This document shows, one piece after another, positions 1 to 9,138 of a stretch of 64,000 nucleotides of DNA. The stretch spans positions 3,127 through 67,126 of the forward strand of contig CACZMF010000011.1 in NCBI GenBank assembly GCA_902782225.1, written 5' to 3'. A program made the translations under genes and the position numbers. Source of the DNA: an uncultured Bacteroidia bacterium (lineage in GTDB: Bacteria > Bacteroidota > Bacteroidia > Bacteroidales > UBA932). A model generated the notes under the pieces. That model was given only the letters and a program-made list of their open reading frames with translations. It ran no database searches and had not been told where the DNA came from. Positions within the stretch are counted from its first letter, which is position 1. Every line of letters begins with the position of its first letter.

Positions 1-4
1 AAAA

Positions 5-3000
5 ATGAATAAACATTACTTGTTCTTGCTGCTGACGCTCTTATTTTTCTATCAAGCTGAAGCGCAACAAATTCTTCGAGGTACTATTTCCGATTCCAGC
101 GGCGCTCCCCTTCCCGGGGCAGCTATTAAAGTAGCCGGAACTGACAAAGGGTTCATCACTGACGTAAACGGAGTTTATGAAATAAGCGGCATCCGCTTCC
201 CGGCCAGAATCGTAGTTTCATTCATCGGTTATTCGGATACCGAACTGGAATTGACAGGAAACGAGCCGGTCCCCTACAACATCGTGCTTGACGACTCAAA
301 GAATCTGCTCGACGAAGTGGTCGTCGTCGGTTTCGGCACGCAAAAACTCAGCACTCTTTCGGGCTCCGTTGGAGTGATAGACGGGGCAACCCTCAACCAG
401 CGTCCGGTAGTATCCGCTGCAAACGCCCTGCAGGGTGCCGATCCCTCCGTTTACATCACCACGAGCAACGGAAGTGCCAACAGTTCGGCATCAATCAACA
501 TCCGAGGTTCCCTCTCGGTCAACGGAGGCAGTCCCCTAGTGTTGATCGACGGGGTGGAAGGCAGCCTTTCCATGTTGAATCCGAACGACATAGAGTCGGT
601 TTCAATACTAAAGGACGCATCGACCTGCGCCATTTACGGTGCCAAGGCATCGGCAGGAGTGGTGCTCGTTACAACCAAACAAGGTTCCACCGGCAGTGCC
701 CGTATTTCCTATGGATTCCGTCAGGGATGGATTCAGCCGACTACCGACATGGACCTGATTACCACGGGCTACGACCATATCTCCATCATCAACTACTTCC
801 AACAGCACTCGTTCCACAGTTCCAGGCTGAACGAATACGACTACACAGTGGCAAACGGCGAATTGCTGAAACTTTTTGAGAGGCGCAACGATGTGGTTGA
901 GAATCCCGCACGTCCATGGGTAGAAGTGGGGGCTGACGGTTATTACCACTATTACGGCAACTTCGACTGGTTCAACTTCTTCTACAACACCAACCGCCCT
1001 GTCTCGGAGCACGATTTTTCCGTATCAGGAGGCAACGGCGGAATACGGTACTATGTCGGCGGACGCTACTACAACGAGACCGGATTGCTGAAGGGCAGCC
1101 TTAGCGATAAATACAGAAGTTACTCCATACGCAGCAAGGTTTCAGCCCAGGTGAACAAACACATCCGGTATATCAACAATCTCTCCTACGCAAAGAAGAA
1201 TTACGCTTGGCAAGGTAATTCCGATATGGAATCCACGTTTGAAAACCTATGGCGCTACGGCTCGCCCGCATTTTCGCCATACAATCCAGACGGTTCGCTT
1301 GTAAATTTCCCCATAGAACTCTCCGGCGCGGCAAAGACCAACATGATGAACAATTCCGCGACACAGGCTCTTGCGGGGACTAACCACAACAGCAAGGATA
1401 CCGGCCACTTGACACTTTCAAACAAGTTGGAAATCACGCCTTTGCGTGGTCTTACCATAAGCGGTCAGTATGACTTCCGCCGCATAGATACTTTCAACAC
1501 CTACCGTACAGGCAAATACTATTGGTCCAATCAACCCGGTATCATCAACGAGATGTCGGGCACCACAAATTCTTACAAAGAGGACCGCGACTGGCGGCAG
1601 GTGCATATCGGGACTCTCACCGTTCAGTATGAGAACAATTGGGGCGGCCACTACATGAAGGCCCTTGCCGGAGCTCAGTACGAGACATCGCGGACCTCCG
1701 ATTTTACGGTCAAAGGCTCGCCGGTCCTCGTCGAAGGATACGACTCTTTCGCCCTCATAGATCAAAGCGCAGATGAAAACGGATTCCCAAGGGCCTCCTA
1801 CTCCGTTTCAAGCGGCAATTCAGAATATGCAACGCTAGGCTTCTTCGGCCGGTTGAATTATGACTACAAAGGCATCTACATACTGGAGGCCAGCGCCCGC
1901 TACGACGGTACTTCCCGCTTCGGCGAGCGTCACCGCTGGGGCTTCTTCCCCTCCGGGTCAATTGCCTGGAAATTCAGCGAAGAGAAATTCTTCTCTCCTC
2001 TCAAAAAAATTGTCTCCAACGGAAAAATACGTTTCTCTGCAGGATCCCTCGGCAACCAGCAGGTTTCGAACTATTACTACATCGAGAGAATCTCCATAGA
2101 CAATACTCAGGACTATACCTTCGACAACCAGACCAAGTCGCGCTATGCGTCGATCTCGTCGCCTGTTTCCGGGAACCTCACCTGGGAGACCGTAAACACC
2201 TATGATGCAGGTCTGGATCTCTCATTCTTCGACAACAAGCTGAAATTCGTCGGAGACTACTACATCAGGGACACCAAAGACATGCTTACCGCTTCAGTTG
2301 CGCTCCCGGAAGTATTCGGAGCGACCGAGCCCAAGGAGAATTGTGCAGACCTCCGCACATACGGATGGGAGTTCTCGCTCGGCTGGCACGACGGTTTCAT
2401 GCTGGCCGGCAGCAGGTTCAACTATTCCGTATCGGGTTTCCTAGGCGACAGGCACACATATTTCACCAAGTATTACAATCCAACCGGCACACTTGACAGC
2501 CACTACGTGGGCGAGGAACTCGGCACCATATGGGGGTTCCGCTCTGGCGGCCTTTTCACCTCCGATGAAGAAGCTTGGGAATATACTTCTTCAGTGGACA
2601 GCCGCCAGTTCCAGCCGGGATACTATTATCCGGGCGGCGGCGTTTGCGTGGACGGAGAAGGCGCCAAGGCAGGAGACTTCAAGTTGCTTGACATAGGAGG
2701 CGGCCCGAACGGAGAGCCTGACGGAATCATCTCCAAAGGAAAAAACACTCTCGATGACCACGGAGACCTTGATGTATTAGGCACGACCCAACCGCACTTC
2801 AATTATTCTTTCCGACTCGACTTTGACTGGAAGGGATTCGACTTCTCCGCATTCTTCCAGGGCATAGGCCATAAGGACTGGTATCCCAAGGGCACATATG
2901 GAGGATATGCTTTCTGGGGCCCTTATTCTTCCACAAGCATAACGTTTATCCATAAGCGTTTTATGGACAATGTATGGTCGCCGGAGCATACCGACGCGTA

Positions 3001-3340
3001 TTTTCCGCGCCCGCGCGGCTATTCGGCATATACTTCCAACGATTACTATACGGGACTGGGATTCAGCAACGATTATTTTCTCCAAAACATAGGATACCTC
3101 AGGCTGAAGAACCTTACCCTCGGCTACACTCTTCCGTCTAAGCTTAGCAGGAAGATTGCCATCGACAAACTGCGTTTCTATGTCAGCGGAGAGAATTTGT
3201 TCTATCTCTCCCCTCTCAAGAAGCATACGCTCCTGATCGACCCTGAGTTGGCAAATGCTTCAGGCGTTGCGACAAGCAACACCGGAGTCGGATACTTATA
3301 CCCTCGCACGATATCAGTCGGAGCCAGCGTAACTTTCTAA
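5..3340 (+). CDS. SusC/RagA-family TonB-dependent outer-membrane transporter (PUL-1)
   Basis: 1111-aa ORF with signal peptide MNKHYLFLLLTLLFFYQAEA. Carboxypeptidase-regulatory-like N-domain (ILRGTISDSSGAPLPGAAIKVAG..DVNGVYEI). Plug motifs VVVVGFGTQK and SILKDASTCAIYGAKASAGVVLVTTKQG. Barrel C-terminus ends in F. A SusD-like gene starts 2 nt downstream. Confidence 0.95.
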   Translation: MNKHYLFLLLTLLFFYQAEAQQILRGTISDSSGAPLPGAAIKVAGTDKGFITDVNGVYEISGIRFPARIVVSFIGYSDTELELTGNEPVPYNIVLDDSKNLLDEVVVVGFGTQKLSTLSGSVGVIDGATLNQRPVVSAANALQGADPSVYITTSNGSANSSASINIRGSLSVNGGSPLVLIDGVEGSLSMLNPNDIESVSILKDASTCAIYGAKASAGVVLVTTKQGSTGSARISYGFRQGWIQPTTDMDLITTGYDHISIINYFQQHSFHSSRLNEYDYTVANGELLKLFERRNDVVENPARPWVEVGADGYYHYYGNFDWFNFFYNTNRPVSEHDFSVSGGNGGIRYYVGGRYYNETGLLKGSLSDKYRSYSIRSKVSAQVNKHIRYINNLSYAKKNYAWQGNSDMESTFENLWRYGSPAFSPYNPDGSLVNFPIELSGAAKTNMMNNSATQALAGTNHNSKDTGHLTLSNKLEITPLRGLTISGQYDFRRIDTFNTYRTGKYYWSNQPGIINEMSGTTNSYKEDRDWRQVHIGTLTVQYENNWGGHYMKALAGAQYETSRTSDFTVKGSPVLVEGYDSFALIDQSADENGFPRASYSVSSGNSEYATLGFFGRLNYDYKGIYILEASARYDGTSRFGERHRWGFFPSGSIAWKFSEEKFFSPLKKIVSNGKIRFSAGSLGNQQVSNYYYIERISIDNTQDYTFDNQTKSRYASISSPVSGNLTWETVNTYDAGLDLSFFDNKLKFVGDYYIRDTKDMLTASVALPEVFGATEPKENCADLRTYGWEFSLGWHDGFMLAGSRFNYSVSGFLGDRHTYFTKYYNPTGTLDSHYVGEELGTIWGFRSGGLFTSDEEAWEYTSSVDSRQFQPGYYYPGGGVCVDGEGAKAGDFKLLDIGGGPNGEPDGIISKGKNTLDDHGDLDVLGTTQPHFNYSFRLDFDWKGFDFSAFFQGIGHKDWYPKGTYGGYAFWGPYSSTSITFIHKRFMDNVWSPEHTDAYFPRPRGYSAYTSNDYYTGLGFSNDYFLQNIGYLRLKNLTLGYTLPSKLSRKIAIDKLRFYVSGENLFYLSPLKKHTLLIDPELANASGVATSNTGVGYLYPRTISVGASVTF

Positions 3341-3341
3341 T

Positions 3342-5216
3342 ATGATGAACGGTATGAAAAGATTACTTTATATTGCCTCACTGACATTGGCACTGGCATC
3401 ATGCGACAAAATCAATGAAAGCCTTACGCGCCTTCCCATCGACGATGTCAATCCTGATGCATTCTTCACCTCGGAGTCGGAATGCCAGCTATGGCTCAAC
3501 CGCTGTTACGCAAATTATCTCACGGTGCCGGAATCATCATGCCAGTGGTGTTCAGACGATTGCGTATCAAACAACATGTCCTCCTGGATGCTCGGCACAA
3601 GGTTGGCAACTTCGGCAAATACCGGAGAATCTTATTGGGGATGGGATACGATGCGCCGCATTAATCTCTTCCTGGAGCATTCTTCGAACTGCAAAGATGA
3701 AGCGGTACGCCTGCACTACGAGGCTGAGGCCCGTTTTTTCAGGGCTTACGGATATTTCCTGAAAGTTAAGCACTTTGGCGATGTTCCTTTCTATGACCAC
3801 GTAGTTTCTTCCACTGATATGGAAGACCTCTGTCGCCCCCGTGACCCGCGCGGCTACGTCATGCTCCAGATCATGAAAGACCTTGATTTCGCCATAGAGC
3901 ACCTGCCCGAAAAGAAAGACGTCGCCCGTGTCACCATGTGGACAGCCCTGGCAATGAAAAGCCGCGCCGCCCTGTTTGAAGGCACCTGGCGCGTCTATCA
4001 TGACGACGACTGTTTTGCTCCGGCAAATGATCCATCGGAGTTTGACGGCAAGCCTGTACAGCTGAGTGCCAAATACTTTCTTGAGCTGGCTGCTGAAGCG
4101 GCCGGACAAGTAATTGACGGCGGGAAATATAACATCTGGTCTAAAGGCAGCCAGCCCTACAGGTCACTGTTCAATGCCGACAACGCTATTGACGAGGAGG
4201 TCATACTGGCAAAGATATACAACAACACAACTTCGGAGCTGAAAAATTTTGCCCACAGCCTTCCCTACAACTACGACCAGTACAATCTGAGCGTCCCGAG
4301 AAAAATCATCAACATGTATCTGTGCAAGGACGGAAGCCGTTTCACGGACAAGCCCGGCAACGAGAAGATGTGGTTCCTGGACGAAGTTGCGGACCGCGAC
4401 CCAAGGCTCAGCGAGACCTTCATGTGTCCCGGATACCGCATGGTAGATGCAAAATCTCTGACGCCCAACACCTTCTACAAGACATATACCGGCTATAAAC
4501 CAATTAAGTTCGCAGCAAAGGAAGAGAATTCCATCATGAACAAAGGGGTATGCGACATGCCGGTGTTCCGCTATGCCGAGGTACTGCTGAATTACGCCGA
4601 AGCAAAAGCTGAACTCGGCACCCTCACTCAGGACGATCTGGACAAGTCGGTCAACCTCCTCAGAGGAAGGGTCGGCATGCCGAAGCTGCTGATGGGCGTT
4701 TCTTCCGACCCGTACATGGAAAAATGCTATCCTAACTCTGTTAAAACAGCCGGTAACCGTGCCCTCGTTCTGGAAGTGCGCCGCGAGCGTATCCTGGAAC
4801 TGATATTTGAAGGTTTCCACCGCTATGACGTCCTTCGCTGGCGTGAAGGACTCCAGCAGAACAGCGACAGTTTCAGCCTCTGCGGCCCTGAAAGCTGCGG
4901 CTATTATGGAGTATATATTCCCGGCCCCGGCATTTTTGACATGGATGGAGACGGCGTCAAAGACTTCGAGATATACTTGGAAAACAAGACCTCCGGCCCG
5001 GAAATTCCTGCCACAAACGCCCGGAAGATTGCCGATCTCTCCCTGGTCGATCCTGACGATCCCTGGAACCCCAATCCCCAGAAAGGATATATGACGGCAT
5101 ACAGAAATGATCCTGCATGCAAGCAATGGAAAGAAACAAGGGATTACCTCTATCCTATTCCTCAAGCACAGATAGACTTGACCAACGAATCGCTTACCCA
5201 GAATCCCGGATGGTAA
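3342..5216 (+). CDS. SusD/RagB-family nutrient-binding outer-membrane lipoprotein (PUL-1)
   Basis: 624-aa ORF with lipoprotein signal (..LTLALASC). SusD-type helical motifs: RFFRAYGYFLKVKHFGDVPFYD, VFRYAEVLLNYAEAKAELG, LEVRRERILELIFEGFHRYDVLRW. C-terminus ..TQNPGW. Lies directly after the SusC-like gene. Start could be 3354 (MKRLLY). Confidence 0.9.
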   Translation: MMNGMKRLLYIASLTLALASCDKINESLTRLPIDDVNPDAFFTSESECQLWLNRCYANYLTVPESSCQWCSDDCVSNNMSSWMLGTRLATSANTGESYWGWDTMRRINLFLEHSSNCKDEAVRLHYEAEARFFRAYGYFLKVKHFGDVPFYDHVVSSTDMEDLCRPRDPRGYVMLQIMKDLDFAIEHLPEKKDVARVTMWTALAMKSRAALFEGTWRVYHDDDCFAPANDPSEFDGKPVQLSAKYFLELAAEAAGQVIDGGKYNIWSKGSQPYRSLFNADNAIDEEVILAKIYNNTTSELKNFAHSLPYNYDQYNLSVPRKIINMYLCKDGSRFTDKPGNEKMWFLDEVADRDPRLSETFMCPGYRMVDAKSLTPNTFYKTYTGYKPIKFAAKEENSIMNKGVCDMPVFRYAEVLLNYAEAKAELGTLTQDDLDKSVNLLRGRVGMPKLLMGVSSDPYMEKCYPNSVKTAGNRALVLEVRRERILELIFEGFHRYDVLRWREGLQQNSDSFSLCGPESCGYYGVYIPGPGIFDMDGDGVKDFEIYLENKTSGPEIPATNARKIADLSLVDPDDPWNPNPQKGYMTAYRNDPACKQWKETRDYLYPIPQAQIDLTNESLTQNPGW

Positions 5217-5233
5217 ACAAACAGAGACATATT

Positions 5234-8200
5234 ATGAATATCCACAAACTAATCATATCCCTTACGGTATTAACCGGCATCTCAGCCACGGGCTGCCTGA
5301 AGGAAGTTGATACGCAGAATCCCTATGTCCGCAACAAGGGTGAAGCATATATGACGGTCAGCACGGAACGGCTCGATTTTTCCGGTCGAGGCGGTGCGTT
5401 GTCTTTCACCGTGGAGACAAACTACGACGCCACATTGGAAGCCCCGGAATGGATTAGCCTGGCATCTGCCGAAGTACCCGGAGACGGTCGCACATACACT
5501 CTAACCGCCACTGCCTCAAGGAATAATGAACCTGGAGGAGCGGACAGGACAGGGGTCATAAACATCAAGTCCGGGTCGCTCTCCAAGTCAATTTCGGTAG
5601 CCCAGCCTTATTTCGAGCGCCCTGACATTCCCCAGAGCATATCCAATGCCGACGAACTTGTGTATTTCCTGGATACTTGCGCAGCCGTGCTTGAAGAAGG
5701 CGAGACCATTTCCTTCTCGAAGGATATCGACATGAAGGGCAAGACCTTTCAGCCAGCCGAGTATTTCAAGGGAGTCATCAACGGCAACGGATTCAGCATC
5801 AGGAACCTGTCAGCCTCCACTCCGCTTATCTTACGCAACGAAGGAGTGATAAACAATCTGGTTATAGATGCTTCCGGAGCTTTTGAAATCCAGCCCGAAG
5901 ACACCGAACAGTACTTCGGCGCCTTCGCGGGTCAGAATTTCGGGAAAGTCGAAGCCTGTGTAAACGAAGCCAGCTTTTTCGTCCGCGGCGCCAGAACCGC
6001 CAAACTCTATCTTGGAGGTATCGTCGGCTACCACAACCTGGAGTCATCCTTGCACGGATGCGTGAACAAAGGATCTTTCAACTACTCTCCCGACAGCGCA
6101 ACCGCCAATGCCTATATGGGCGGCATCGCCGGCTATAGCTACGGCTCCATCGACGCTTGCGAGAATTACGGGCCGTTCAACTGCACACCCATCGAAAACA
6201 GCGCGGTGTATTTTATCGGGGGCATCACAGCACGTCAGCAGAACAGTGTCCTGAGCAACTGTATCAACCATCGCGAAGCCCGCATCTCCACCAACAAAGT
6301 CAGCGGAAGCGGCAAATCATACATTGGCGGCATCGTAGGCTACGTCGAGGGCACCCCGGCAAGCTCCGGCAACCGGAATTACGCCGACCTCGAAATAAAT
6401 CTCAAGGCTGAGTCATACATCGGCGGCCTTCAAGGCTGGCAGGCCAAAGTCACCGAAGGCGACGCTGTGCTTTTCGAAAACAGCATCGTCAACTGCAACA
6501 TTACCGCGCAGACCAAGGCATCCGGCCAATATGGCAACAATCCGTGCAAATCTGCCGGCTTGGTAACCGGAAGGTTCAGTGGCCAGAGCGGTTACAGCAC
6601 CCTTCACTACGGCACCGCCGACAGCCCGATACGAGTCTCAGGATCAATTACCTGCCTGTCATCCAAAGTCAAGCAGATAGCCCAGCCAAAGGACTATCAA
6701 GCTCTGCTGGACGGTGACGGATCAAAGACAAGCGTCAACGGAGGCTCGATTCCGGAGGCCGACTACAATAACATTCTTTATGAGGTATGCGGTGACGGGC
6801 AGACCGGCGACCCCGAAGATCTGATCGTCAAGACCGACGGTGTAAGGCTCTCGATTCCAGCATCAGGAGGAGAGGCATCGTTCTCAGTGCGAGGCAATTA
6901 TCCGATGACCATATCCACCGAAGCTGAATGGCTGGAAGTTTCTCCCTCAATGGTCGAAGGCGATGGAGCATATCACGACATCAAAGTATCCGCTACAGCA
7001 AATGAAGGTGCATCCGGGCGCGAAGGCACCGTTCTGGTGACTATGCCAATGGGCTCCACCGAAGCCGTCACTATCGTTCAGGAGGGAGCAAATCTGCCCC
7101 CCGAGCCGGAGGACAGGACAAAAATAAAGAATGCTGCAGATTTTGAGCAATTCGTCAAAAACGGCAGCGATACGGACCTGTATCCTGCCGGGACCGTTGT
7201 CTCCCTTACAGACGATATCGACCTCAAAGATATAGAACTTCCTTCCATAGATGCTTTTGCCGCAACACTGGACGGACAGGGTCACTCTCTGAAGAATTGG
7301 GCGGCCAAGGCCCCCCTGGTGAATGTAAACACCGGAACTCTGAAGAATATTGTAATTGACCAGAGCTGCTCTATGGCTCTCTCGGAGAACATGGCGTTTT
7401 TTGCCAAAGAGAACGGCGGCACCATTACCGCCTGCACCAACTTGGCACCGCTCAATTGTTCCGCCAATCCGGGAGCATCGGGGCGCATAGCAGGCATCGC
7501 CGCCACAAATAAAGGCCTCATCCAGGGCTGCACAAACCGCGGCGACCTCAGCTTCTCCAGTCCCGAAGACGTAAACGCTATGTATCTGGCAGGAATCGCC
7601 GGTTCCTGCGGGACCGGCGCATCAATCGAAGACTGTGAAAACTACGGAAATATAACCTACCATGTCCCGGCCGGCGCCACCCAAACATACAAGCGCCTTG
7701 CCGGTATAACCGGCATGGCCGACGTATCCGGCATAAGGATTGCACGCTGCGTCAACCGTGGCGCGATTACGATGACCGTCTCGCCCGGAACCGCTATCAA
7801 AAATATCCGCAACGGAGGAATCGCCGGCGAGACCAAGAACGAGGTTGACATCAACGAATGCAAGAACTACGGCAACCTCAGCTGCGACTTTTCCGGCAGC
7901 GCCGTCTATCTTGGCGGCTTGGTCGGATATTTCAACACCATCAAGAGCAACTTCACGACCTTCGCCGGCTGCGTGACTGCCTGCAACATCAGCGGAGCAT
8001 ACGCGGCCACCTCTTCACTCTCGTCCAACCCGCTGGAGTGCTGCGGGCTCGTGTTCGGCAGCAGTGCATCCGCTTCTGGATACGTCCATACCTGCGGCAC
8101 CGAGTCAGCCCCCATAAAGGTTTCCGGCTCCCTTACCTGCTCAGACAATACCCTCACGCTGACAGAGAGCAACTTCCAGAATGGCCTCAACGGCAACAAA

Positions 8201-9112
8201 TTTGGCAACAATCTCGTGAACGGATCCACCGAAACGGTGTACAATGCGGTCTTTGCCGGCTCTCAGGCAGGGCAAGACAGTCCACTGAAAGGCAAGAAAT
8301 TCATAGTAATAGCCAATTCAATGGTCTATTACGGAGGCTTTGTCCAGAAAGGCAACCAGGGTAAAGAAGACCCGGGCATGTTCTACAAACTGATGAAAGC
8401 ACTGGGACATGAGATTAGCGTCATCGACTGCACCCAAGGCGGCCACCACCTCTACGACTACACCGCCGCCGGCTGCAAAACTTCAGGAAGTGACTGCACC
8501 GTGGGCGAGGATCTGCTAAAAGGCCTGGACCTGTCATCGTTCGACTACGTAATCCTTTCCGAATCCGGAGACAATAACTCCAATTTCGTCCCGGATGCCC
8601 GCGCGATATACAAACGTTTCACCGATGTAAACCCCAATGTAAAAAAGATTTACATCAACCATATTTATAGCGTTTACAAGAATCACACGCGTATTCTTGA
8701 CAATTTGAAGCTCCTCCACGAAACAGACGGAGTGACCATAATCAACTGCGGGCAATTGGGGTATGATATATACACAGGCGCTGTAAAGGTGCCCGGCGGC
8801 AGCCTCAGCTACAGCGACCGCTACACCTTCTGCAACCACAAAAGCAGCGATTCCTACCACCCCAACCCTCTGATGGGCTACATAATGACACAGATGGTTT
8901 GCTGCGCACTGACAGGAGAATCAGCCGGCTACCCCGACTATGCTTCCCTTATAAAAGAATGCATGTTTGCTTCCGGAAGCACTAAGTACGAGGACTACTA
9001 TAATGCTTTTTATACTACTCCGGCCGCTCTTCCGTTCATGACCGTCATCGACAACGATGCAGAAATGCGCGGCATACAGCAGCTGATACCAGGATACATC
9101 AACAAATACTGA
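5234..9112 (+). CDS. Giant surface lipoprotein: two [BACON-like Ig domain + GLUG-type repeat region] units plus a C-terminal DUF4886/SGNH-hydrolase-like domain
   Basis: Track ORF 5117..9112 trimmed to ATG 5234, which gives lipoprotein signal MNIHKLIISLTVLTGISATGC. BACON-like segments: LDFSGRGGALSFTVETNYDATLEAPEWISLA and LSIPASGGEASFSVRGNYPMTISTEAEWLEVSP. G-G-[ILV]-x-G turns: GGIVGY, GGIAGY, GGLQGW, AGIAGS, GGIAGE, GGLVGY. C-terminal KKFIVIANSMVYYGG ... SDSYHPNPLMGYIMTQMV resembles DUF4886. Families recognised by eye only. Confidence 0.75.
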   Translation: MNIHKLIISLTVLTGISATGCLKEVDTQNPYVRNKGEAYMTVSTERLDFSGRGGALSFTVETNYDATLEAPEWISLASAEVPGDGRTYTLTATASRNNEPGGADRTGVINIKSGSLSKSISVAQPYFERPDIPQSISNADELVYFLDTCAAVLEEGETISFSKDIDMKGKTFQPAEYFKGVINGNGFSIRNLSASTPLILRNEGVINNLVIDASGAFEIQPEDTEQYFGAFAGQNFGKVEACVNEASFFVRGARTAKLYLGGIVGYHNLESSLHGCVNKGSFNYSPDSATANAYMGGIAGYSYGSIDACENYGPFNCTPIENSAVYFIGGITARQQNSVLSNCINHREARISTNKVSGSGKSYIGGIVGYVEGTPASSGNRNYADLEINLKAESYIGGLQGWQAKVTEGDAVLFENSIVNCNITAQTKASGQYGNNPCKSAGLVTGRFSGQSGYSTLHYGTADSPIRVSGSITCLSSKVKQIAQPKDYQALLDGDGSKTSVNGGSIPEADYNNILYEVCGDGQTGDPEDLIVKTDGVRLSIPASGGEASFSVRGNYPMTISTEAEWLEVSPSMVEGDGAYHDIKVSATANEGASGREGTVLVTMPMGSTEAVTIVQEGANLPPEPEDRTKIKNAADFEQFVKNGSDTDLYPAGTVVSLTDDIDLKDIELPSIDAFAATLDGQGHSLKNWAAKAPLVNVNTGTLKNIVIDQSCSMALSENMAFFAKENGGTITACTNLAPLNCSANPGASGRIAGIAATNKGLIQGCTNRGDLSFSSPEDVNAMYLAGIAGSCGTGASIEDCENYGNITYHVPAGATQTYKRLAGITGMADVSGIRIARCVNRGAITMTVSPGTAIKNIRNGGIAGETKNEVDINECKNYGNLSCDFSGSAVYLGGLVGYFNTIKSNFTTFAGCVTACNISGAYAATSSLSSNPLECCGLVFGSSASASGYVHTCGTESAPIKVSGSLTCSDNTLTLTESNFQNGLNGNKFGNNLVNGSTETVYNAVFAGSQAGQDSPLKGKKFIVIANSMVYYGGFVQKGNQGKEDPGMFYKLMKALGHEISVIDCTQGGHHLYDYTAAGCKTSGSDCTVGEDLLKGLDLSSFDYVILSESGDNNSNFVPDARAIYKRFTDVNPNVKKIYINHIYSVYKNHTRILDNLKLLHETDGVTIINCGQLGYDIYTGAVKVPGGSLSYSDRYTFCNHKSSDSYHPNPLMGYIMTQMVCCALTGESAGYPDYASLIKECMFASGSTKYEDYYNAFYTTPAALPFMTVIDNDAEMRGIQQLIPGYINKY

Positions 9113-9138
9113 ACAATAACCACAAACACACACAAGCA

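Noticed and set aside
5117-5233. N-terminal extensions in the ORF track. Examples: 5117 vs 5234, 12650 vs 12740, 30047 vs 30296, 30243 vs 30168, 37433 vs 37229, 38628 vs 38772, 45708 vs 45579, 48643 vs 48565, 48702 vs 48759, 32323 vs 32344, 37312 vs 37324, 41611 vs 41620.
   Set aside because: The extensions overlap upstream genes or promoter boxes, often begin with TTG or GTG, and precede an internal Met that yields a canonical signal peptide or family N-terminus.
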